Assembly: GCA_030037595.1 (NCBI GenBank)
Contig: JASHQJ010000178.1
Coordinates: 1-52,027 of the forward strand
Origin: Candidatus Binataceae bacterium
Lineage (GTDB): Bacteria > Desulfobacterota > Binatia > Binatales > Binataceae
Length of the DNA: 52,027 bases
Direction: 5' to 3'
Positions 26,946 to 36,059 of this stretch are shown piece after piece; the first letter of the stretch is position 1, and each line of letters begins with the position of its first letter. The notes below the pieces were generated by a model that searched no databases, was not told where the DNA came from, and saw only the letters and a program-made list of their open reading frames with translations. Position numbers and translations under genes: made by a program.

Positions 26946-26990
26946 GCGAAAAAGAAACGAGGCGCGGAAAGGAAAGCCCTCGCGCCTCGT
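26946..26990 (-). terminator. Rho-independent terminator of rplM-rpsI
   Basis: On the minus strand, ACGAGGCGCG-loop(14)-CGCGCCTCGT forms a perfect 10-bp stem (26957-26966 / 26981-26990). TTCTTTTTC follows. It lies 25 nt after the rpsI stop. Confidence 0.8.
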
Positions 26991-27014
26991 CGTACAAGCG
27001 GATTTGGAACGGAG

Positions 27015-27413
27015 TTAGCGCTTGGAGTACTGCGGCCGCTTGCGCGCCTTGTGATGGCCGTACTTCTTGCGCTCGACCTCGCGCGAATCGCGCGTGAGCA
27101 TCCCGTTCTTGCGAAGTGAGGGGCGCATCGCCTCGGACGCGGCAACAAGTGCGCGCGAGATACCGTGGCGGAGCGCGTCGGCCTGCGCCGCGGTGCCGCC
27201 GCCCTCGACGTTGGCGAGGACGTCGTACTGGCCTGCGGTCTCGGTTACCTCGAACGGCTCGAGGATGCGCATCCGGGAAGTGTCGCGCGGGAAGTAATCG
27301 TCGAGGGTGCGCGCGTTAATCGTGATTGTGCCGGAGCCCGGCAGGAGCCGGACGCGCGCGACGGCCGACTTCCGCCGCCCTGTGCTCCAGATGATGTTCT
27401 TCTTTTCTGGCAT
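27015..27413 (-). CDS. rpsI: 30S ribosomal protein S9
   Basis: 132 aa with GRRKSAVARV…GGGTAAQADALRHGISRAL… and the characteristic C-terminus KARKRPQYSKR. Confidence 0.97.
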   Translation of the reverse strand: MPEKKNIIWSTGRRKSAVARVRLLPGSGTITINARTLDDYFPRDTSRMRILEPFEVTETAGQYDVLANVEGGGTAAQADALRHGISRALVAASEAMRPSLRKNGMLTRDSREVERKKYGHHKARKRPQYSKR

Positions 27414-27433
27414 GTGAGTTCCGTGTCGTTCGA

Positions 27434-27880
27434 TCAGATGGTGATTGGCTGGGGCTTCTGCGCGGCGTGGGGATGCTCAGCGCCACGATAAATCTTGAGC
27501 TTTAGAAAGAGCTGGCGGCCAAGACGATTCTTCGGCAGCATCCCGCGCACCGCGATCTCGATTAGCCGCTCAGGCTTGCTCTCAAGAATCTTACCCGCGG
27601 TCGTCGAGCGCACTCCGCCGGGGTATTCAGTGTGGCGATGATAGACCTTGTCGGAGGCCTTTGCGCCCGTGAGTTTGACCTTGTCGGCGTTGATGACGAC
27701 GACGAAGTCGCCGGCATCCTCGTGGGGCGTGTAGTCGGGGCGATGCTTGCCGCGGAGCACGCTGGCGGCGCGCGACGCGACGCGGCCAAGCGGACGATCG
27801 GCGGCGTCGATCAGCAGCCACTTGCGATCGCGGAGCGCGCTCTCGCGCGAGACGCTCCTGGTTTGTTCGGTCAGTTTCAA
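27434..27880 (-). CDS. rplM: 50S ribosomal protein L13
   Basis: [35 protein letters not shown]…[12 protein letters not shown] is classic L13. The only in-frame start downstream of the tRNA is TTG at 27880 ([10 protein letters not shown]…). The track's longer ORF runs through the tRNA gene. Confidence 0.85.
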   Translation of the reverse strand: MKLTEQTRSVSRESALRDRKWLLIDAADRPLGRVASRAASVLRGKHRPDYTPHEDAGDFVVVINADKVKLTGAKASDKVYHRHTEYPGGVRSTTAGKILESKPERLIEIAVRGMLPKNRLGRQLFLKLKIYRGAEHPHAAQKPQPITI

Positions 27881-27903
27881 TTTCCTGCACCCAAGCTTGA
27901 TTT

Positions 27904-27981
27904 TGGCGGGGCCGATGGGATTTGAACCCACGACTTCCGACGTGACAGGCCGGCGTTCTAACCGGGCTGAACTACGACCCC
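27904..27981 (-). tRNA. tRNA-Asp (anticodon GTC), CCA encoded
   Basis: The minus-strand sequence is GGGGTCGTAGTTCAGCCCGGTTAGAACGCCGGCCTGTCACGTCGGAAGTCGTGGGTTCAAATCCCATCGGCCCCGCCA. It has a 7-bp acceptor stem (one T-G pair), a GTTC/GAAC D-stem and a CTGTCAC anticodon loop. The T-arm is GTGGG-TTCAAAT-CCCAT, the discriminator is G, and CCA follows. Confidence 0.92.
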
Positions 27982-28257
27982 GCCTGAACCATCCTTTGTT
28001 ACATTTTCCAGGCCGCGGAGCAACCAAGCATCCGCCGTTATGTCATTAGCGACGGTAACCGACGCTGCAGTATATACACGCTTGCATCATTTGGACTCGC
28101 AAGCCATTAAATCCGAGCCAAGGCGAAATAATGTCGGCAGGATGTAATCTTGCCTTGGTTTTGGTGCTCAAATATCGTGAGGCTTGGTCTCGAGAACCGC
28201 TCCAGTCGTCTTAACCGAAGCTGCGGAAGCGATACTTAAGAACGCCTCGCTGCTGCT

Positions 28258-31200
28258 ATGTGGATAGTTCGACTCGCGCTGCGCCGGCCACTTTCGGTGG
28301 CTGTCATGGCGCTCCTGATGCTCGTCCTGGGAGTGCTCTCGTTCTCCCTGATGAACGTCGACATCTTTCCATCGATCGACCTGCCTGTGGTGCTCGTGGT
28401 CTGGAACTACCCGGGGCTGTCGGCCTTCGATACCGAACGGCGGATCGTGTTTATCAGCGAGCGGGCGTACTCGACCACAGTCAACGGTATCGACCATATC
28501 GAGTCGGAATCGATTAATGGCCTCGGCATCTTGAAGGTTTACTTTCAGCCCGGCAGTGCCATAGGCGCGGCGATCGCGCAAATCAACGCGGTGTCGGAGA
28601 CGATCCTGAGCAACCTGCCGCGCGGTATCGAGCCGCCGCAGATTATCTCGTACAACGCGGCGAACGTGCCGGTCGCGCAGCTGAACGTGTTCAGCCAGAC
28701 AATGAACACCACCAAGCTGTTCGACTACGGATTGAATTTTATCCGTATCCAGCTTTTTACGATTCCGGGATTCTCGTCGCCCGCGCCGCTCGGCGGCGTG
28801 AGCCGCGAGATCATGGTCAATCTGAATCCGACGCAGCTCTATGCTAACGGCCTTTCGGCCTACGACGTCGGCAACGCTCTAGATGCGACCAACGTGGTTA
28901 TCCCGTCCGGCACCGCCAAGATGGGCAACTACGAATACAACGTCGACATCAACATGAGCGTGCCGAAGGTCAAGGACTTCAACGCGCTGCCGATCAAAGT
29001 GCAAAACGGTGTGCCCGTGTTCCTCGGCGACGTTGCGCCGGTTACGGATTCGCATCCGCCGCAGACCAACGTGGTGCGGGTTGACGGCAATCAGGCGACC
29101 TACCTGATGGTGATCAAGCACGCCGACGCCTCGACGCTCAAGGTCGTGGACGCGGTGAAGGCGAAGATTCCGCTGATCCTGGCGACCGCGCCCAAAGGCC
29201 TCGAGGTGTCGCTCAGCTTCGATCAGTCTCAGTTCGTGCGCGCCGCGTTGTGGGACGTTGTGCAGGAGGCAGTAACCGCAGCATTCCTGGTCGCGTTGAT
29301 GGTCCTGCTCTTCCTCGGCTCGCCGCGCAGCATGCTGATCGTGATCACATCGATACCGCTGTCGATTCTGACTGCGATCGTCGCGCTGAACCTTACCGGG
29401 CAGACCATCAATACGATGACGCTCGGCGGTATCGCACTCGCGGTCGGAATGCTGGTTGACGACGCGACGGTCGAAATCGAGAACATCCACCGCAACCAGG
29501 CGATGCACAAGCCGCTGCTGGTCGCGATCCTGGACGGTGCGCATCAGATCGCGACTCCGACCTTCGTCGGTACGCTATCGATCTGTATCGTCTTCTTCCC
29601 CGTCGTGCTGCTCACCGGAGTGGCGCGATTCCTGTTCACCCCGCTTGCGCTCGCTGTCGTGTTCGCGATGCTGACCTCGTACCTGCTGTCGCGGACGCTG
29701 GTCCCGACGATGGCGCGCTACCTGCTGCCGTCGGAGCATGAAGAGCACCTCGGCAATTCGCTCTGGGAGCGGGCAGTGCGCGGCTTCGACAACGGCTTCA
29801 ATCGGGTGCGCGATCGTTATCGCGACGCGCTCGCCAAGTTCATCGCGCGGCGCACGTTTTCGCTGGTATGCGTCGGACTGCTGATTTTGGTCTCGGTCGT
29901 CTTGGTCAAGGTGGTCGGCGAAGATTTCTTCCCAAAAGTTGACGCGGGCATGATGCGCCTGCACGTGCGTGCGCCGACCGGTACGAGAATCGAACACACG
30001 GAACTGGTGGTCGACGACATCGAGCGCGCGATCCGTAAGATCATTCCGCCCGACCAGCTGCAAGGAATTAGCGACAACATCGGGCTGCCGCTCTCCTACG
30101 ATCTGGCCTTCTACCAGACCGACAGCATCGGCCCGATGGACGCCGACATCCTGATCCAGCTCAAGCCCAAGCATGAGCCGACCGCGATGTACGAGGACCG
30201 GATCAGGACGGCGCTCGAAGCCAAGTTTCCGAACGTGACGTCGTACTTTCAGGCGGCGGATATCGTGAGCCAGGTGTTGAACTTCGGACTTCCTGCAGCT
30301 ATCGATGCGCAGATCAATGGCAACGACCTGAACAAGGATTACCAGATTGCGGCGCGGCTCGCCGATCGGATGCAGCGCATCCCTGGAGTTAGTGATTTAC
30401 GGATCGCCGAGCCGCTCGACTACCCGACGTACAAGGTCGATGTCGATCGGTCGAAGGCGCTCGAGATGGGCATCACGCAGCAGGAGGTCGCGTCGAGCCT
30501 GCTCGCGTCGCTGAGCGGCGCGGCGCTGCTGCAGCCGAACTTCTGGCTCGACCCGGTGACGGGAGTTAACTACCAGGTTGTGTCGCAAGCGCCGCAGCAT
30601 CTGATCGATTCGCTCGCCGCGCTTTCGAATATCCCGCTGAGCACGCCGCAAATCGACGGCACACCGGGCCAACCGCAGCTCCTCGGCAACGTCGCTTCGG
30701 TGCATCGCGACATCGACCCCGCCGTGGTCGCGCATTACACCGTCCAGCGCGTGATCGATGTCGATTGCGCCGTGACGGGACGCGACCTCGGCAGCACGGC
30801 CGCCGCAGTGCAGCGGGAGATAGGCAACCTCGGCAAGCTGCCCCCTGGAACACAGGTCGTGATTCGCGGGCAGAGCCAGGCGATGAATGAATCGTTCCGC
30901 ACGCTGGGCGAAGGAATAGTGCTCGCGATCATCCTCGTCTACTTGTTGATGGTCGCGAACTTCCAGTCGTGGCTCGAGCCGTTCATCATCATGATGGCGG
31001 TGCCCGGCGCGCTGGCCGGCGTGCTCTGGATACTGGTGATCACTGGGACGACGATCAACGTCGAATCGCTGATGGGCGCGATCATGGCGGTCGGCGTGGG
31101 CGTCGCCAACGGCAACCTGTTGATCACGTTCGCCAACGAGCTGCGCGAGCAGGGCTACAATCCGGTCGCGGCTGCGATCGAAGCCGGGCGCATCCGCTTT

Positions 31201-31440
31201 CGCCCGATCATCATGACAGCGCTGGCAATGATTCTCGGCATGCTGCCGATGGCGCTGGCGCTCGGCTCGGGGTCGGAGCAGAACGCGCCGCTTGGCCGTG
31301 CGGTGATCGGCGGCCTGCTGGCGGCGACGCTGATGACGCTCTTCGTGGTGCCGACCGTCTATTCAATTTTCAGCCGGAGCCTGTTGGGCAAGCACGAGCG
31401 CGACGCCGAGATCGACGCGATCGGCCTGCCGGGCGCCTGA
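28258..31440 (+). CDS. RND efflux transporter permease (AcrB/HAE-type)
   Basis: 1060 aa. The N-terminus is RRPLSVAVMALLMLVLGVLSFSLMNVDIFPSIDLPVV. Two large periplasmic loops and about 12 TM segments are present, plus the conserved GIALAVGMLVDDATVEIENI. Confidence 0.92.
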   Translation: MWIVRLALRRPLSVAVMALLMLVLGVLSFSLMNVDIFPSIDLPVVLVVWNYPGLSAFDTERRIVFISERAYSTTVNGIDHIESESINGLGILKVYFQPGSAIGAAIAQINAVSETILSNLPRGIEPPQIISYNAANVPVAQLNVFSQTMNTTKLFDYGLNFIRIQLFTIPGFSSPAPLGGVSREIMVNLNPTQLYANGLSAYDVGNALDATNVVIPSGTAKMGNYEYNVDINMSVPKVKDFNALPIKVQNGVPVFLGDVAPVTDSHPPQTNVVRVDGNQATYLMVIKHADASTLKVVDAVKAKIPLILATAPKGLEVSLSFDQSQFVRAALWDVVQEAVTAAFLVALMVLLFLGSPRSMLIVITSIPLSILTAIVALNLTGQTINTMTLGGIALAVGMLVDDATVEIENIHRNQAMHKPLLVAILDGAHQIATPTFVGTLSICIVFFPVVLLTGVARFLFTPLALAVVFAMLTSYLLSRTLVPTMARYLLPSEHEEHLGNSLWERAVRGFDNGFNRVRDRYRDALAKFIARRTFSLVCVGLLILVSVVLVKVVGEDFFPKVDAGMMRLHVRAPTGTRIEHTELVVDDIERAIRKIIPPDQLQGISDNIGLPLSYDLAFYQTDSIGPMDADILIQLKPKHEPTAMYEDRIRTALEAKFPNVTSYFQAADIVSQVLNFGLPAAIDAQINGNDLNKDYQIAARLADRMQRIPGVSDLRIAEPLDYPTYKVDVDRSKALEMGITQQEVASSLLASLSGAALLQPNFWLDPVTGVNYQVVSQAPQHLIDSLAALSNIPLSTPQIDGTPGQPQLLGNVASVHRDIDPAVVAHYTVQRVIDVDCAVTGRDLGSTAAAVQREIGNLGKLPPGTQVVIRGQSQAMNESFRTLGEGIVLAIILVYLLMVANFQSWLEPFIIMMAVPGALAGVLWILVITGTTINVESLMGAIMAVGVGVANGNLLITFANELREQGYNPVAAAIEAGRIRFRPIIMTALAMILGMLPMALALGSGSEQNAPLGRAVIGGLLAATLMTLFVVPTVYSIFSRSLLGKHERDAEIDAIGLPGA

Positions 31441-31453
31441 AGACAATTTTCCT

Positions 31454-32593
31454 ATGGACGAAGATCCAAGAAATTTCGAGGTTACGCCGCCGGGCAAGGC
31501 GTTTTACGTCGGCTGGGTCGGCGCGATCGTTCTGATCGTCATCGCGACCGCGGGACTCGTGCTGGCGCGCGATTTGTGGATCGGCAGACAGACGTCGGAC
31601 CTCGAGCAGGGCGCTGACCTCGGGCCGCACGTGTTGGTTGCGCAAGTCGGTCAGACGATGACCCAGCGCGACATCTCGTTGCCCGCGACGATCCGGGGCT
31701 TCAACGAAACCCAGGTTTACGCGAAGATTCCCGGCTACATCAGCAAAATCTTCGTGGACAAGGGCGATCGCATCCGCCAGGACGAAGTGATTGCGCTTAT
31801 CGAATCACCCGAACTCGATCAGCAAGTCGCCAACGCGCTGGCGACCTACAGGCTCGCGCTCGTGACCGATAAGCGCAACCAGATTCTGGTTCACCAGGGT
31901 GTCGTGCCGCAGCAGACGGCAGACAATACGCATCTCACGATGCTCGCTGACAAGGCTGCCTATGAGCAGCTCGTCTCCGAACAAGGTTATAAGACGATGC
32001 GTGCACCGTTCGATGGAATCGTGACCGAGCGCGATGTTGATCCCGGCCATCTCATTCCCGAGTCGACCGCCGGTGCGGCTACTACTGGCGCCGCGGTTAT
32101 CGCGGCGGCCACACTCAAGCCGGTGCGTATCTTTGCATACGTGCCGCAGAACATTTCGCCGTTCATCAAGAATGGTGACAAGGCTACGATCACAGTCACC
32201 GAATATCCTGGTCGCACTTTCGCAGGAACTGTGACCCGTCATCCCGACGCGCTGTCCGCTGACACGCGCACGATGCTGGTGGAAGTAGATCTGCCCAATG
32301 ACGACACAGCGCTTTTGCCGGGTATGTATGCCAGCGCGCACTTCCAGGTATCGGTGGCGGGTGGCACGCCGATGGTGCCCGACGACGCTTTGATTTTCCG
32401 CAACGGCAAAGTGTACGTGCCGATCGTGCGCGACAATCATCTGCATCTTGCTGAAGTAGCGCTCGGCTACGACAACGGACAGCAGATCGAGATCACCAGG
32501 GGAGTCAGCGGCAACGACATGGTCGCGATCAACGTCGGCCAGGCGGCGCGCGACGGCGAAGCAGTCCAGCCGGTGCACGATACCGGGCCGTGA
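31454..32593 (+). CDS. RND efflux periplasmic adaptor (MFP/HlyD family)
   Basis: 379 aa with an N-terminal TM anchor. The lipoyl-like hairpin is VYAKIPGYISKIFVDKGDRIRQDEVIALIESPEL … MRAPFDGIVTERDVDPGHLI, and a beta-barrel C-terminal region follows. Confidence 0.88.
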   Translation: MDEDPRNFEVTPPGKAFYVGWVGAIVLIVIATAGLVLARDLWIGRQTSDLEQGADLGPHVLVAQVGQTMTQRDISLPATIRGFNETQVYAKIPGYISKIFVDKGDRIRQDEVIALIESPELDQQVANALATYRLALVTDKRNQILVHQGVVPQQTADNTHLTMLADKAAYEQLVSEQGYKTMRAPFDGIVTERDVDPGHLIPESTAGAATTGAAVIAAATLKPVRIFAYVPQNISPFIKNGDKATITVTEYPGRTFAGTVTRHPDALSADTRTMLVEVDLPNDDTALLPGMYASAHFQVSVAGGTPMVPDDALIFRNGKVYVPIVRDNHLHLAEVALGYDNGQQIEITRGVSGNDMVAINVGQAARDGEAVQPVHDTGP

Positions 32594-32665
32594 TCAGCAG
32601 TTTGCTATGCAGCATAGTTGCTGCATTGGCCGACGATTGACCATCATCTAGAGTTGTGTCATCCG

Positions 32666-33475
32666 ATGGCGCAGCGAGGCACAGCGATCGCGCCCCAGCC
32701 GTGGGCTGGCGATATCTTCACAAACTTCGGCGCGAGAGCGTGCAGGAGTCCGGTCTGGATCGCTGCTACGGCAACTTTTGTTTTCGCGACCGCCTTCTTT
32801 CTCCACTTTTGGTTAACAGCGGGCAGTGAGCTGGCGAGTATCAAGAATGACGGCCAGCAGCTGTCAGCATTCGCCAATCAGGACCGGTTGATGAGAGAGC
32901 TTGGGCGCAATGCCTCATCGACCTGGGATTCAGTCGGCGTAGCACTGCATGCCTACGACTCGCTCGACGCCGCCGGGCTCGATGCGCCCGCTTACGCGCC
33001 TCAAATCCAGACTGCTTTCCGGCTGGGGCGCGAGGCTAACTGGCAGGTTGACGAGGCTATCAGAAAGGTCAAAGCGGCAAATCTGAGCGATCCCACGATT
33101 GGCAGGTTCAAAGCGCTCGAGGGCAGGGAACTGTTCAACCTCGAGGACGATCTGCGCATGCGGCAAGCGCTGCTGATGGCCGAACTATCGCGCAATCCTG
33201 CTCAGATCGCGCAAGCCCGCAGCAATTTCACTCAGCGACTCAAATCGAGTGCCCAGACCGAATTCGAAGTGAGCGTTGCACAGGCCAAGCTCAGCGCCGA
33301 TCTTGCCGCCGAGGAGGCGGCCAACAAAGTGGCGCTCGCCGGCGTCGGTCATCGCGCTCTAAGATGGCTCATCGCCTTTTCGATTTCGATCGCGTGCGTG
33401 ATCTTCGTGGTCTGCTATCTCGTCGCGGTCAGAATCGGGTTGATTCGATCGGCGCGCGAAGTTTTCGATATCTAG
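32666..33475 (+). CDS. hypothetical bitopic/two-TM membrane protein with a roughly 190-aa helical periplasmic domain
   Basis: TM1 is VWIAATATFVFATAFFLHFWL and TM2 is WLIAFSISIACVIFVVCYLVAV. Only about 14 residues follow TM2. The start is uncertain (ATG 32666 or TTG 32618). Confidence 0.55.
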   Translation: MAQRGTAIAPQPWAGDIFTNFGARACRSPVWIAATATFVFATAFFLHFWLTAGSELASIKNDGQQLSAFANQDRLMRELGRNASSTWDSVGVALHAYDSLDAAGLDAPAYAPQIQTAFRLGREANWQVDEAIRKVKAANLSDPTIGRFKALEGRELFNLEDDLRMRQALLMAELSRNPAQIAQARSNFTQRLKSSAQTEFEVSVAQAKLSADLAAEEAANKVALAGVGHRALRWLIAFSISIACVIFVVCYLVAVRIGLIRSAREVFDI

Positions 33476-33511
33476 CAGTCCGATGGTCTCGAAGGGTTCG
33501 TGGCGCGCCGG

Positions 33512-34096
33512 CTAGACAGCCGCGAAGCGCCGATTGCTCAGTGGCCACGGCGCGGCGGAATTGATCGCGTCCGGCACCTGCTCCGGTTCATCGACCATCG
33601 CCCACATGCTGCCGTGCCTCTCGTCCATGAAACGGCGATCGATGCAGCTGAGCAGCAGCTCCTGGCACTTGTCATAGAAGCCCATCGTGTTGACCATCAC
33701 GATCGGCCCGCCGTAAAGACCGAGCCGCTTCCACGCCATCGCCTCGAACAATTCCTCGAGCGTGCCGCATCCGCCGGGCAATGCCACGACAGCATCAACC
33801 TCGGCGATCATCAATTTCTTCCGCTCGTGCATGTCCTCGACCAGGATCAATTCGGTGAGGCGCTGATGGCCCCATTCGATGTCGTACATGAAGCGCGGCA
33901 GCACGCCGATCACGCGGCCGCCTTCTTCGAGTACGCCGTCCGCCAGATGGCCCATCGAACCGTTGGTGCCGCCGCCGTAAACGGTCGTGATGTGGTTACG
34001 GGCAAGCACGCGGCCGAGGCGGTGTGCGGCGTCATGATAAACGGCGTCGCAGGAACGGCTCGAGGCGCAGTAGACGCAGACTCGCTTGATAGGCAT
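33512..34096 (-). CDS. LOG-family (TIGR00730-type) nucleotide 5'-monophosphate nucleosidase
   Basis: 194 aa with VCVYCASS, VYGGGTNGSMG and the PGGCGTLEE signature. Confidence 0.88.
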   Translation of the reverse strand: MPIKRVCVYCASSRSCDAVYHDAAHRLGRVLARNHITTVYGGGTNGSMGHLADGVLEEGGRVIGVLPRFMYDIEWGHQRLTELILVEDMHERKKLMIAEVDAVVALPGGCGTLEELFEAMAWKRLGLYGGPIVMVNTMGFYDKCQELLLSCIDRRFMDERHGSMWAMVDEPEQVPDAINSAAPWPLSNRRFAAV

Positions 34097-34152
34097 GGAC
34101 GGATCGTATCGGGTCGCGCCGCGCCTTCAAAGTCGATCTGCGATCGAGGACG

Positions 34153-34857
34153 TCAACTCTTCGGACCGATTGTTTCGCGGAGCAATGCGAGCGTGCGCGT
34201 GCGCGCGAGATCCGTCGCGGCCGGATTGAACACCGGCCGCGAATCATTCGCGAAGCCATGCCCTGCGTCGGGATAAACGTAGAACGACGCCTTCGCGTGA
34301 TGCGCGAGCGCGGCCTTGGTTTTTTCCCGCGCCGCGGCGGGAATCGATGTGTCGGTCTCGCCGTAGTGAAACATGATCGGACACTTGATGCGCTTGGCGT
34401 CGTCGAGAATCTGCTCGACGCCACCGCCGTAGTACGCGATCGCGACTTCAACGTCGGTGTGCGCCGCCGTGCGGTAGGCGAGGTTGCCGCCGAGACAATA
34501 GCCGACCGCGCCCGCCTGTCCAGTGCATTCGGGTCGGGCGCGCAGCGCCTTGAGCGTAGAGGCCAGGTCTTTCACTGCGAGGTCGAAGTTGAATTTCGGG
34601 CGCATCGCGCGCGCCCGCTGCGCTTCTTCCGGCGTGTAGCCGGCCTCGAAATGCGGTTCGATGCGCCAGAACATATCCGGCGCGATCGCGACGTATCCGT
34701 CCTTGGCCCAGCGCTCAGTCACGTCACGGATATGAGAATTTACGCCAAAAATTTCCTGGATCACGATTAAACCGGGACCGCGTCCCGCTGCTGGTTTCGC
34801 GAGGTACGCGTCGAACTGGCCGCCGTCTTGAGCGTTGATCGCGGTGAACTCTCCCAT
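34153..34857 (-). CDS. dienelactone hydrolase family protein (Cys nucleophile present)
   Basis: ATG at 34857 (MGEFTAINAQDGG…). It has PGLIVIQEIFG, the nucleophile elbow GYCLGG, and a His in DAGHGF. Confidence 0.88.
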   Translation of the reverse strand: MGEFTAINAQDGGQFDAYLAKPAAGRGPGLIVIQEIFGVNSHIRDVTERWAKDGYVAIAPDMFWRIEPHFEAGYTPEEAQRARAMRPKFNFDLAVKDLASTLKALRARPECTGQAGAVGYCLGGNLAYRTAAHTDVEVAIAYYGGGVEQILDDAKRIKCPIMFHYGETDTSIPAAAREKTKAALAHHAKASFYVYPDAGHGFANDSRPVFNPAATDLARTRTLALLRETIGPKS

Positions 34858-34898
34858 CTTAGTCGTGCGCGAATTCGCACGCCCTCCTGGTCGATCTG

Positions 34899-36059
34899 TC
34901 AGTCTTTGCCAGCGCTCTCTGCCCACCGCCGCATCAGGCGGTTGGATGGAATGCTCTTTTCATCGATCGCTTTGCGGGCCGTGTCGATGCCGGTGGTCGG
35001 CAGGCCCTTCGGATCGAGCGCGCCGACCTGCACCAGTGCGCTGGCGGAATCCCAGTAGATATGTTCGTGCGCGACCTTGTCGCCGCGAAACTGGATAATC
35101 ACGACCAAGGGAACCTCGACCCATTTTCCGGTCGGTGCGATGCCGGGCAGAAGAAAGTCAACTTCCTGAGTATGCGTGAAGCAGAAAAGAACCTCGTCCA
35201 CGACCGAATCCGGCCCTATCGTGCGCGAGATCGGAACCATCTTCGTGTCCTTCGGGAGTCCCGGGATGAAGTGATGCTTGTAGAAGCGGTAGAGTTCGCG
35301 CTGGCCGATGCCGCCGGTGAGCGTCGGGATGTGATTGACGTAGGGCTCATCGACCATCGTCGCCATAGTGGCATCGACGTCGCGCAGCGCAAATTCGCAG
35401 TCGCCATGGCGCTCCCACATCGCGTTCAGATCGTAGCGCGGGCCGAGATGGTTGCGTAGTAACCCGATCGTCCGTGAGCGCGCGATTTGTGCCGAGATGC
35501 GATCGTAAGAATCGCCACTGCGATTACTGAAACCATGATCGGCGCCACGATAGACAAAAAATTCGGCACTATCGTGAGCTGCTAAGGCGCCGCGGATCTT
35601 CTCGCGCGCGGCGGCCGTGATGTGCCGATCGTTTTCGGCGAAATGAAACAGAATCGGGCATCGCACCGCCGATGCTTCGTCGAGGTGCGCTTCAAGGCCG
35701 GCGGGATAGTACGAAATCGCCGCGTTGATCTTGAGTCGCGCCGCCGCAACAAACGCAAGCAACCCGCCTGGGCCGTAGCCGAGCACAGCGATCTTGCCAC
35801 GGACTTCGGGCCGCGCCCGCAGAACGGTTAGCGCCGCGTCGATGGCGCGGGTGGCCCGGGTGGCATCGAGACTTCGAAGACTCGGAGCTAAGGATACGTA
35901 GCCTTCCGCTGCGTATTCATCCGCCGCGTGGCGAACATGCTCATTCTTGGCGACCTCGTCCAGCAGAATGAGCCCGGGCCCCGATCCGGCCGGCGGTATC
36001 GCCAGGTGAGCATCGAAGCTGCTGCTCTCGGCATCAATTGAAATTACCTGTCCATTCAT
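34899..36059 (-). CDS. dienelactone-hydrolase-like domain (nucleophile replaced by Gly) fused to an NTF2/SnoaL-like domain
   Basis: Residues 1 to about 215 are paralogous to the downstream DLH, but the elbow reads GYGPGG (Gly codon at 35772-35774). Residues from about 216 to 386 (WERHGDCEF…VDEPYVNHIPT…FRGDKVAHEHIYWD) have an NTF2-like pattern. Confidence 0.8.
   Translation of the reverse strand: MNGQVISIDAESSSFDAHLAIPPAGSGPGLILLDEVAKNEHVRHAADEYAAEGYVSLAPSLRSLDATRATRAIDAALTVLRARPEVRGKIAVLGYGPGGLLAFVAAARLKINAAISYYPAGLEAHLDEASAVRCPILFHFAENDRHITAAAREKIRGALAAHDSAEFFVYRGADHGFSNRSGDSYDRISAQIARSRTIGLLRNHLGPRYDLNAMWERHGDCEFALRDVDATMATMVDEPYVNHIPTLTGGIGQRELYRFYKHHFIPGLPKDTKMVPISRTIGPDSVVDEVLFCFTHTQEVDFLLPGIAPTGKWVEVPLVVIIQFRGDKVAHEHIYWDSASALVQVGALDPKGLPTTGIDTARKAIDEKSIPSNRLMRRWAESAGKD

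Noticed and set aside
27881-28027. N-terminal extension of the L13 ORF (track 27434..28027)
   Set aside because: The extension is translated straight through the tRNA-Asp gene. L13 homology begins only after the TTG at 27880.
28118-28162. CCAAGGC…GCCTTGG stem followed by TTTT upstream of the RND gene, considered as a terminator or sRNA
   Set aside because: It is only a 7-bp stem with a 27-nt loop, so predicted stability is poor. No flanking promoter or conserved structure could be recognised.
27904-33475. tRNA-Asp as the attachment site of a genomic island carrying the RND operon
   Set aside because: I saw no integrase or recombinase, no duplicated tRNA 3' fragment, and no obvious compositional break. 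The tRNA faces away from the RND genes and is followed by ribosomal protein genes.
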